Below, piece by piece: positions 18,357 to 24,811 of a stretch of 25,000 bases of DNA. The position numbers and the translations under genes are program-made. The DNA is from an uncultured virus (IMG/VR IMGVR_UViG_3300028897_000536) (lineage: Duplodnaviria; Heunggongvirae; Uroviricota; Caudoviricetes), in IMG/VR virus record IMGVR_UViG_3300028897_000536, one strand, 5' to 3'. Under the pieces are notes generated by a model. It searched no databases and was not told the origin of the DNA. It saw nothing but the letters and a program-made list of their open reading frames with translations. The first letter of the stretch is position 1. Each line of letters opens with the position of its first letter.

Positions 18357-18454
18357 AGTATTTTTATTTTTAATTTATAGCTTTTATTTTTAGGATAAAT
18401 TTTTATCCCTTTATTTTTTAATTTTTTTATAATGTTTTTAATGTATTTATACAT
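18353..18454 (-). CDS. Small basic hypothetical protein (33 aa)
   Basis: MYKYIKNIIKKLKNKGIKIYP...; ATGTATAA overlap upstream, ATGA overlap downstream. Confidence 0.5.
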   Translation of the reverse strand: MYKYIKNIIKKLKNKGIKIYPKNKSYKLKIKIL

Positions 18455-18698
18455 TTTTTAAAGTTTTTAGTTTTTCTAAAAAATAAATTTTTTCTTTTTT
18501 TATACTATCTTCAGTTGATAAATCATTTTCATTGAAGATTAAAAAAGTTTTGTTTTTTCCTTGCCAGAATTTAATCTCTTCAAAAATTTTCAATAAATTT
18601 GCGGTATAGGTTAAAATGCGATAATCATTTTCAAATACGATTAAATGATAATTTTCACTTCTGATTTTTTTATACTCTTTTAATGTTATACTATACAT
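18447..18698 (-). CDS. Hypothetical protein (first gene of leftward early operon)
   Basis: SD AAGGAG and promoter upstream. Confidence 0.7.
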   Translation of the reverse strand: MYSITLKEYKKIRSENYHLIVFENDYRILTYTANLLKIFEEIKFWQGKNKTFLIFNENDLSTEDSIKKEKIYFLEKLKTLKNV

Positions 18699-18746
18699 TT
18701 TTTTAAATCTCCTTTTTTCAATTTACCTTTTCTTGTTTTCGCTTTA

Positions 18747-18775
18747 AGTATAACATAACCGCTTAAAAAAAACAA
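18747..18775 (-). promoter_or_regulatory. Leftward early promoter
   Basis: Minus strand TTGTTT-N17-TATACT with extended -10 TG. Confidence 0.6.
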
Positions 18776-18803
18776 TAGAAAACGGAAAAATTTTTATCTA
18801 AAT

Positions 18804-18832
18804 TGTAAGCGTTTTCTTGGTAAGCGTTTTCA
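18804..18832. promoter_or_regulatory. Tandem cre/LacI-like operators
   Basis: TGTAAGCGTTTTCT (18804-18817) and GGTAAGCGTTTTCA (18819-18832) between divergent promoters. Confidence 0.55.
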
Positions 18833-18851
18833 AAAAAAAATAAATTTTATC

Positions 18852-18880
18852 TTGATTTAACTTTTAAAAAATGTTATCTT
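18852..18880 (+). promoter_or_regulatory. Rightward early promoter (weaker match)
   Basis: TTGATT-N17-TATCTT with extended -10 TG. Confidence 0.45.
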
Positions 18881-18984
18881 TAAAGTGCCAATAATAACAG
18901 CTAAAAGGCAATAAAAAAATTTGATAATAGTATTTAATAAATAAGGAGAGTAAATTTTCTATAATAGGATTGAAAAATTTAAAA

Positions 18985-18998
18985 TGAAAACGCTTTCA
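18985..18998. promoter_or_regulatory. cre/LacI-like operator
   Basis: TGAAAACGCTTTCA matches TGWAANCGNTNWCA. Confidence 0.55.
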
Positions 18999-19126
18999 GT
19001 ATTGAGCCGAGATTTTAAGCTGATTTTCCAATATCGCAATATAGCGGTGGTTTTTCGGCAATATCTAATATATCAGTTTTTCAAAGGTTTTTTGGAATAT
19101 CAAGAAAATTAAATTTTCAATATCTC

Positions 19127-19174
19127 TTGACAATATCGGAAAAATATGTTATATCTTAAACGGAAAGGGAAAAT
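19127..19174 (+). promoter_or_regulatory. Early promoter-RBS cassette copy 1
   Basis: TTGACA-N17-TATATC (TG extended) TTAAACGGAAAGGGAAAAT then ATG at 19175. Confidence 0.7.
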
Positions 19175-19214
19175 ATGAATAAACAAGAATTTATAGAAAA
19201 ATGGAGATTTTGAA

Positions 19215-19631
19215 TTGAAGATACAGTTTTTAGAAAAAATTGCGGAATATTATAATGAAAAATATAATCTTAATACTTTTATAGATATATGCCATAAAGG
19301 AATATCTACTTATTATAGCATTAAAGGAAATTATATATATTTTAGTCAAGAATATGTTAAAAATCTATACAATAGACAAGATTTTAAAAAAAGAATAATA
19401 AATTTGAAAGAGATAAATCAAGCATATATATTTTGTATTTTACACGAAATTTATCACGCCATAGATTATAAATTTAATTCTAATAGATATAAACAAGATT
19501 TAAAAAATTTGAATTTATTAGAATATAATACAAATAGAATTTATCATAATTCTTTAAATTTTGAAATTAAAGCCGATAAATTTGCTAATAAAGAATTAAA
19601 AAAATGGATTAGAATTTTCAAAAAAAGTTGA
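19215..19631 (+). CDS. Zincin-like metallopeptidase (HExxH)
   Basis: FCILHEIYHAIDY and FEIKADKFA; start uncertain (see 19175 uORF/frameshift finding). Confidence 0.7.
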   Translation: MKIQFLEKIAEYYNEKYNLNTFIDICHKGISTYYSIKGNYIYFSQEYVKNLYNRQDFKKRIINLKEINQAYIFCILHEIYHAIDYKFNSNRYKQDLKNLNLLEYNTNRIYHNSLNFEIKADKFANKELKKWIRIFKKS

Positions 19632-19639
19632 TTTAGCCC

Positions 19640-19692
19640 TTGACAAAGTTTAAAAAATATGTTATATCTTAACCGAAAGGAGAAAAGAAAAA
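19640..19692 (+). promoter_or_regulatory. Early promoter-RBS cassette copy 2
   Basis: TTGACA-N17-TATATCTTAACCGAAAGGAGAAAA then ATG at 19693. Confidence 0.75.
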
Positions 19693-19980
19693 ATGAACGA
19701 AAATAAAGATTTAAAAAATATTTGCCAAAGTTGCGAAAGACAAGGAAAATGTTTTTTTGAAAGAAATAATTTAGTTTGTAAAAAGATTGTAGAAGCCGAA
19801 AAAGAATTAAATCAAAGAAAACAAGCCGATTTAGCTTTTGAAAAAGCAATTTGGCAAGGTAGATTATCAGAAAATCCTAAAGCCGAAAATTACGCAGGTA
19901 AATATATGTATATGGGAAAATCAGAAAACGGACAATACGATAACTTTAAAAATATTATAACAAGAAGATATGATGTATAA
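19693..19980 (+). CDS. Hypothetical protein
   Basis: Strong promoter/SD; Cys-rich N-terminus; AFEKAIWQGRLS...YAGKYMYMG...FKNIITRRY C-terminal module. Confidence 0.8.
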   Translation: MNENKDLKNICQSCERQGKCFFERNNLVCKKIVEAEKELNQRKQADLAFEKAIWQGRLSENPKAENYAGKYMYMGKSENGQYDNFKNIITRRYDV

Positions 19981-20332
19981 AAGAAAAAGAAGGCAATATA
20001 CAAAAGTTAAGTGGCTTGTTAATCCGCAATCAATAAAAGCCGAGATTAAAAAAAATCCTATTCTTAAATCTTATTTAGGATATTGGATTAAATCATCAAG
20101 GGTTAGTGGTTGGGGTAGAAGTTGCGGATATATACAAATTGATACTTTTGCGGTTGATTGGAAAAATATCAGAAGAACTGATTATGCTGATTATAACGAA
20201 AGTATTTTTTCTTGTAAAATTTTACTTTCTGCTGAAAACGATTACTCAAAAAAAGGTTGGGAAGAAAAACATTTAGAAGAAATTAAAAAAATTGCCGAAA
20301 AATTTAATATAGAATTAAAAATTATAAATTAA
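19970..20332 (+). CDS. Hypothetical protein
   Basis: 120-aa ORF overlapping the upstream stop. Confidence 0.7.
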   Translation: MMYKRKRRQYTKVKWLVNPQSIKAEIKKNPILKSYLGYWIKSSRVSGWGRSCGYIQIDTFAVDWKNIRRTDYADYNESIFSCKILLSAENDYSKKGWEEKHLEEIKKIAEKFNIELKIIN

Positions 20333-20343
20333 GAAAGGAGATT

Positions 20344-20565
20344 ATGAAAACTTTAAATTTTGAAATTGATGTAGAAAATGGAGATTTTTCTTGTAAATAT
20401 TGTCAAGAAGCATTAAAATATTATAAAAAATTATTAAAAAGGCATAAAGGATATTACGGAACTGTTAATATAAAAAAACAAGAAAAAATAAAAGGAATAG
20501 TTTTACGACCTGATTATAATAGTAATGGAATTTTAAATCATTGGCATATTGATATTGAGGAATAG
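20344..20565 (+). CDS. Hypothetical protein
   Basis: SD AAGGAG; 73 aa. Confidence 0.7.
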   Translation: MKTLNFEIDVENGDFSCKYCQEALKYYKKLLKRHKGYYGTVNIKKQEKIKGIVLRPDYNSNGILNHWHIDIEE

Positions 20566-20570
20566 ATTAA

Positions 20571-20613
20571 GGAGAGAGGATTATTTATATTTATTACCTC
20601 TCTCCGTTTTCTT
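20571..20613 (+). terminator. Intrinsic terminator
   Basis: GGAGAGAGG-N17-CCTCTCTCC followed by GTTTTCTT. Confidence 0.6.
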
Positions 20614-20621
20614 AAAATAAA

Positions 20622-21092
20622 ATGATTTATATTAAATATAAAACAAAATTTTTTAAAGAAAATGAAATTAACGCTTTAGAAAAAGGTTATAGATTAAAAG
20701 CAATTATAAGTGATATTAAAACTTATAGATTGAAAGCGATTATAAGAATAATAAAAAACGAATTAAAAACTACCTTAAAAAATTATCCCGAAATTGATAT
20801 TTATATTGATACAAGATTTACAAGTAGAGTATTAGGAAGATTTTATATCTCTAATTTAAAAACTTTAAAGACTTATCCAAAAACAGAAAATCCTTTTATA
20901 GTGCTTTATAACTTTAACATTATAAAATCTTTTAATAATCCTGTTTATAGTTTAAAAGAAGTGCTTTTACACGAATTTTTACATTTTAAACAATGGTTAT
21001 TGAATAAAGAATTAAAACACGATAGAATTTTAAAAGCGAGTGAAGATAAAAATATAAAGAATACTTATTATAAATTAAAAAGATTTGTTTAA
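20622..21092 (+). CDS. Zincin-like metallopeptidase (HExxH)
   Basis: VLGRF...IVLY...LKEVLLHEFLHFKQW...H, a SprT/zincin-like pattern. Confidence 0.65.
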   Translation: MIYIKYKTKFFKENEINALEKGYRLKAIISDIKTYRLKAIIRIIKNELKTTLKNYPEIDIYIDTRFTSRVLGRFYISNLKTLKTYPKTENPFIVLYNFNIIKSFNNPVYSLKEVLLHEFLHFKQWLLNKELKHDRILKASEDKNIKNTYYKLKRFV

Positions 21093-21397
21093 TGGAATTT
21101 ATTTATAGAGTAGAAAATAAAGACGGACAAGGTTGTTATATGAACGAAATAGAAGAAATTAACTTTATATTGGCAAGGCATTTTGAAGAATATTATCCTA
21201 CTCCAAAAGAAGATTTAGGAATTGAAAGAAATCCTAAATACAACGAAATTTGCGGATTTAAAGATATAAAACAAGCTGAAAATTGGTTTAATAATTACGA
21301 ACTTTGGGAACTAAAAAAATTAGGATATGAATTAAAAAAAGTTAAAGTTAAAAAAATTACTGCTATTGGAGAAAAGCAAGTTTTAGCGATAAAATGA
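21092..21397 (+). CDS. Hypothetical protein, possible minimal ADP-ribosyltransferase fold
   Basis: IYRVE..G.G.Y...P.P..D...CGF....A..WF...L..LGY...GEKQVL. Confidence 0.4.
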   Translation: MEFIYRVENKDGQGCYMNEIEEINFILARHFEEYYPTPKEDLGIERNPKYNEICGFKDIKQAENWFNNYELWELKKLGYELKKVKVKKITAIGEKQVLAIK

Positions 21398-21476
21398 TTA
21401 AAAATCTTACGAGGATTGATTTTAAGAGGGGTATAAGAAGGCAAGCTATATTATTATACCCTACATTTTTAGAATT

Positions 21477-22148
21477 ATGAAAACTTATATAAATAAAAAT
21501 TACGATTTACCGATATGTAAATTTAGGGGTAAAGTTTATGATGTTAAATACCCTTGTTATATCTCTTTAAAACTTGACGGAGAATTTACTTACCTTGTAA
21601 AACAAGGAGATAAAGTATATACCATAAATAAAAGCGAATACGGAAGATATAGAGAAGATTTTAATGCTTTAAATGAATTTAAGCAGTTAAAGGATATTCC
21701 TAACGGAATTTATTTAGCTGAATTGTATTTTGGAGAAGGAAGAACTAAAAAGGATTTTAATAATTTTTTACGAAATAAAACTAACGATAATTTGAATTTA
21801 GCGATTTGGGGTATTTTAGAATTAGAAGGAAAAAGAGGACTAACAACGGAAGATATTTTTAAAGTATTAGAAGAAATTAAAATAAAAACAAAAGACAAAG
21901 ATTTTAAAAATTTTTCTGTTATTCCTTTTTGGAAAGTAAAAAATAAAATACAATTACAAAATTTAATACAAGAGTGGATTTTAGATAATGGATTTGAAGG
22001 ATTAGTTATTAGAAATTTAATTGCGATTTGGAGAAACGGTCAATCAAATAATTTTATAAAAGTAAAAACGAAAGCGAGAGAAATAGGATATAAAAATATA
22101 AATGGAAACGAAATAAAATTTAGATTTGAAAAAGGAATTTGGATATGA
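21477..22148 (+). CDS. ATP-dependent ligase-type nucleotidyltransferase (adenylation) domain without OB fold
   Basis: Motif I SLKLDGE, motif III AELY, motif IV EGLVIR, motif V FIKVK; ends ~25 aa after motif V. Confidence 0.75.
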   Translation: MKTYINKNYDLPICKFRGKVYDVKYPCYISLKLDGEFTYLVKQGDKVYTINKSEYGRYREDFNALNEFKQLKDIPNGIYLAELYFGEGRTKKDFNNFLRNKTNDNLNLAIWGILELEGKRGLTTEDIFKVLEEIKIKTKDKDFKNFSVIPFWKVKNKIQLQNLIQEWILDNGFEGLVIRNLIAIWRNGQSNNFIKVKTKAREIGYKNINGNEIKFRFEKGIWI

Positions 22149-22182
22149 AATATAACTTATTGAAACTCAAGGACTTACATAA

Positions 22183-22196
22183 TGAAAACGCTTACA
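22183..22196. promoter_or_regulatory. cre/LacI-like operator
   Basis: TGAAAACGCTTACA, 28 bp upstream of TTGACA at 22225. Confidence 0.55.
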
Positions 22197-22224
22197 AAAA
22201 AAATTAAAAAAGTGTCTTTTGGAC

Positions 22225-22275
22225 TTGACAAAAAAGTTTTTTTATGGTATATCTTAACCGAAAGGAGAAAACGAT
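22225..22275 (+). promoter_or_regulatory. Early promoter-RBS cassette copy 3
   Basis: TTGACA-N17-TATATCTTAACCGAAAGGAGAAAA; 24 bp identical to copy 2. Confidence 0.75.
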
Positions 22276-22566
22276 ATGAAAAATAAATGCGGAAAAACAA
22301 GAGATATAAATAATCCTTACGAAATTTGGCAATCTTTTAACGGACAATGGGAGTGGAGAGTATTAAAAAAATATCAATCTCCTGAAAAAGAAAGACTAAA
22401 TCCTTACGCAAGGTGGTATTGTGGGGTTAAAAGCCCTTTCACTTTTGGTAGTTTTGAATATGGAGATACTTATATCAAAGATATTGTAGAAAATGCGAGG
22501 TTAATAAAAGGTATTCCTGACTTAAATACTATTGATAGACCTAACGATAAAGAAAATATATTTTAA
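22276..22566 (+). CDS. Hypothetical phage early protein
   Basis: GKTR...PYEIW...WEWRVLKKYQ...YARWYC.VKSP.T.GSFEYGDTY; follows promoter cassette. Confidence 0.8.
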   Translation: MKNKCGKTRDINNPYEIWQSFNGQWEWRVLKKYQSPEKERLNPYARWYCGVKSPFTFGSFEYGDTYIKDIVENARLIKGIPDLNTIDRPNDKENIF

Positions 22567-22567
22567 A

Positions 22568-22723
22568 ATGATAAAGGGAAGGAAAGCGAATTTGATTATT
22601 AAAATACAATTACAAAGGCATTATAACGGATTATCTTATCAAGAAGTTTTAAATAGTGTTAAGGGATATAAAAATAAAAAAGCGGAAGAATTATTAACAA
22701 TTTTAAAAAAAGAAAAAGATTAA
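22568..22723 (+). CDS. Hypothetical protein (51 aa)
   Basis: ATG right after the upstream stop is preferred to the TTG start in the ORF track. Confidence 0.55.
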   Translation: MIKGRKANLIIKIQLQRHYNGLSYQEVLNSVKGYKNKKAEELLTILKKEKD

Positions 22724-22725
22724 AT

Positions 22726-23007
22726 ATGGTAAATGAAAAAGAAATAAAAAAAGTGCTATTCCAATTAAGGAAGTGTAAAAGAAAAACTAAAGTTAAATCT
22801 CCTGAAAGAAGGGAAATTAACAAAAGGATAAGAGAACTTAAACAAAAAATACAATATGATATTCCTGATACTGAAAAACAATCTTTAATAGAAGAAATTT
22901 ATAAAATTAGACCTGAATATAAAGAATTAAAAATAAATTTATTAAAGTTTTCTACCGAGCAATTAAAAAAACATTTAAAGTTAATTAAAAGAAAGGAGAG
23001 TAAATGA
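22726..23007 (+). CDS. Basic helical hypothetical protein
   Basis: 93-aa ORF in the operon. Confidence 0.7.
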   Translation: MVNEKEIKKVLFQLRKCKRKTKVKSPERREINKRIRELKQKIQYDIPDTEKQSLIEEIYKIRPEYKELKINLLKFSTEQLKKHLKLIKRKESK

Positions 23008-23171
23008 GCATTTTTGATTTAGCGACTTTACAATTACAAAGAGAAGGTAAAGTATTTGCAAAAGATAATTTAAAACTTCTTATTGATAGAGCAATTACGA
23101 TTAGAAAATTCTTTGACAATCAAGAGAGAAATAAAAAAGTATTGGAAAATAGATATAGAAAGGAGAGATAA
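23004..23171 (+). CDS. Hypothetical protein (55 aa)
   Basis: MSIFDLATLQLQREGK...; SD AAGGAG; ATGA and TAATG overlaps. Confidence 0.7.
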   Translation: MSIFDLATLQLQREGKVFAKDNLKLLIDRAITIRKFFDNQERNKKVLENRYRKER

Positions 23172-23386
23172 TGAAAATTGTTAATTATATTATTGCTTAC
23201 GAAAGCGGAGAATTAAACAATGAAGATACCCTTAAATTATTCTCTAAATTGATTAAAAGCGGTCAATGTTGGTCTTTACAAGGTCATTATGGAAGAACTG
23301 CTAATGCTTTGATTGAAAGAGAATTGATTGACAAAAAAGGAAAAATAAATTGGGAATTATATAACGAATTAGTAGATAGATTATGA
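23171..23386 (+). CDS. Small conserved-looking phage early protein
   Basis: IIAYESGEL...LF..LI.SG.CWSLQGHYGRTA..LI motif; SD AAGGAG. Confidence 0.8.
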   Translation: MKIVNYIIAYESGELNNEDTLKLFSKLIKSGQCWSLQGHYGRTANALIERELIDKKGKINWELYNELVDRL

Positions 23387-23556
23387 ACGATAATATGGAA
23401 AACGAAATGGTAAATAGTTGGCTCTTTACTGCGGTAAGAGAAGGTATAGAAAGATTAGGATTAGAAGGTTGCCTTGAAAGTATAGAAAGTATAGTTAATC
23501 CTGTTTTAAGGTGGAAATTAAGGCAAGTTTTTGGAAATATTTTATTTAAAAAATGA
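23383..23556 (+). CDS. Hypothetical protein (57 aa)
   Basis: MNDNMENEMVNSWLFTAVREGIERLG...; ATGA overlaps at both ends. Confidence 0.65.
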   Translation: MNDNMENEMVNSWLFTAVREGIERLGLEGCLESIESIVNPVLRWKLRQVFGNILFKK

Positions 23557-23921
23557 AACATTTAATACTTACAATTCTTATAATTTTGGCTTTAGGTTAT
23601 TTATATAACAATAATCCTACAAAAGACTTATGGAGAATTACTGCTTATTGTGGTTGTGAAAAATGTTGTGGAAAATATGCTGACGGAATAACTGCAAGCG
23701 GTAAAAAAGTTAAAGTAGGGTTTGTGGCTAATAATTGGTTGCCTTTTGGAACGAAAGTTAAAATAGAAGGATTAGGCATTTATATAGTAGAAGATAGAGG
23801 AAGTAAAAAATATTTTGGAACGAAGGAAGAAAAAAGAAAAGCATTAGATATTTACTTTGAAGAACACGAAGAAGCAAAAAGATTTGGGGTAAAATATTTA
23901 AGAGTAAAGATTTTAAAATGA
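23553..23921 (+). CDS. 3D-domain (MltA-like) protein with N-terminal membrane anchor/signal
   Basis: ITAYC..CCG..DGITASG...LPFGTKV.I...Y.VEDRG...LDIYF..HEEA..FG; hydrophobic N-terminus. Confidence 0.85.
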   Translation: MKHLILTILIILALGYLYNNNPTKDLWRITAYCGCEKCCGKYADGITASGKKVKVGFVANNWLPFGTKVKIEGLGIYIVEDRGSKKYFGTKEEKRKALDIYFEEHEEAKRFGVKYLRVKILK

Positions 23922-24088
23922 TAGAGCAATTTAAAAGAAACAAAACAAAATATAAAATAACTTGTAGTAAGTGCGGAAAAATAGAAATTATACAAGCTAT
24001 AAATCCGATATTAACTGATAATTGTTTTGGTTGTATTTTAAAAGATTTAGAAGAAGAAAGAAAACGATTAAAAAAGGAGAAACAATGA
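23918..24088 (+). CDS. Small Zn-ribbon protein (56 aa)
   Basis: CSKC...CFGC; ATGA overlaps at both ends. Confidence 0.65.
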   Translation: MIEQFKRNKTKYKITCSKCGKIEIIQAINPILTDNCFGCILKDLEEERKRLKKEKQ

Positions 24089-24282
24089 ACGATAGCCCTA
24101 AATACGATACTGATAAAACTCCTCTTGAAAATGCCCTTGCGAAAGCAGAATATTACGAAAGCATAGGAGATAAAGAAAATGCGGAAAAAATGCTTAACTT
24201 GGCTCAAAAGTTTGAAGAAACTTTAAAGAAAAATAGGGAAGTTAAAACTGATTTAAAAAAATATGAAGAAAGAGAGGAATAA
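24085..24282 (+). CDS. Hypothetical helical protein (65 aa)
   Basis: ATG 24085 with SD AAGGAG is preferred to TTG 24022. Confidence 0.7.
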   Translation: MNDSPKYDTDKTPLENALAKAEYYESIGDKENAEKMLNLAQKFEETLKKNREVKTDLKKYEEREE

Positions 24283-24462
24283 ATGAAAAAAGATTTTTTG
24301 GTAATGGAAGATAAAACAGAAATTATTGACATTGAAGGAAGATACTTTTGTAGTCATTGTGCGGAAGAAATCAGAAACGATTACGAAGTGAACGAGAATT
24401 GCCCTCATTGTGATTACCTTTTTATTAACATAATCCCTGTTGAAAATTTAAAGGCGGTGTAA
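24283..24462 (+). CDS. Small Zn-ribbon protein (59 aa)
   Basis: FCSHC...CPHC; SD GAGG. Confidence 0.7.
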   Translation: MKKDFLVMEDKTEIIDIEGRYFCSHCAEEIRNDYEVNENCPHCDYLFINIIPVENLKAV

Positions 24463-24463
24463 A

Positions 24464-24796
24464 TTGTCAGATTTAGATATTAAAGTAAAAGAATTTTTAG
24501 CTGATTGTAAAAGGATTAAAGAATTAAAAGGCATTTTTAAGGATTTAGACTTATGTTTTCCTTACGCTGATGAAGAAAGACAGAAAAAAATTGATGAAGG
24601 AATTGCTAAAACGGAAAACGAAATCAAAACTCTTACAGAAAATCTACATAAATTTACAAAAGAAGAATTTAGTTTAATCTATAATAAATTTGAAATAATC
24701 CTCTTACAAGTTTGTCCTTTTTGTAGTGGATATATCATAAAATATTCTAATGAAATATTTTGTGGAAAGTGTAAATATTTATTTTATGAAGAATAG
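24464..24796 (+). CDS. Hypothetical protein with C-terminal Zn ribbon
   Basis: Coiled coil then CPFC...CGKC; TTG start. Confidence 0.65.
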   Translation: MSDLDIKVKEFLADCKRIKELKGIFKDLDLCFPYADEERQKKIDEGIAKTENEIKTLTENLHKFTKEEFSLIYNKFEIILLQVCPFCSGYIIKYSNEIFCGKCKYLFYEE

Positions 24797-24811
24797 AAAG
24801 GAGAAGAATTT

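Noticed and set aside
19544..19849. Minus-strand 101-aa ORF
   Set aside because: Phe/Leu-rich mirror of A-rich plus-strand genes and a promoter cassette.
21429..21461. GGGTATAA/TTATACCC inverted repeat before the ligase-like gene
   Set aside because: Short stem, long loop and no immediate U-tract; function cannot be supported.
21710..21898. Minus-strand 62-aa ORF
   Set aside because: Antisense to the ligase-like gene.
23301..24207. Minus-strand ORFs 23301-23561 and 23758-24207
   Set aside because: The plus strand is fully tiled by coupled genes with SD sequences; these are shadows.
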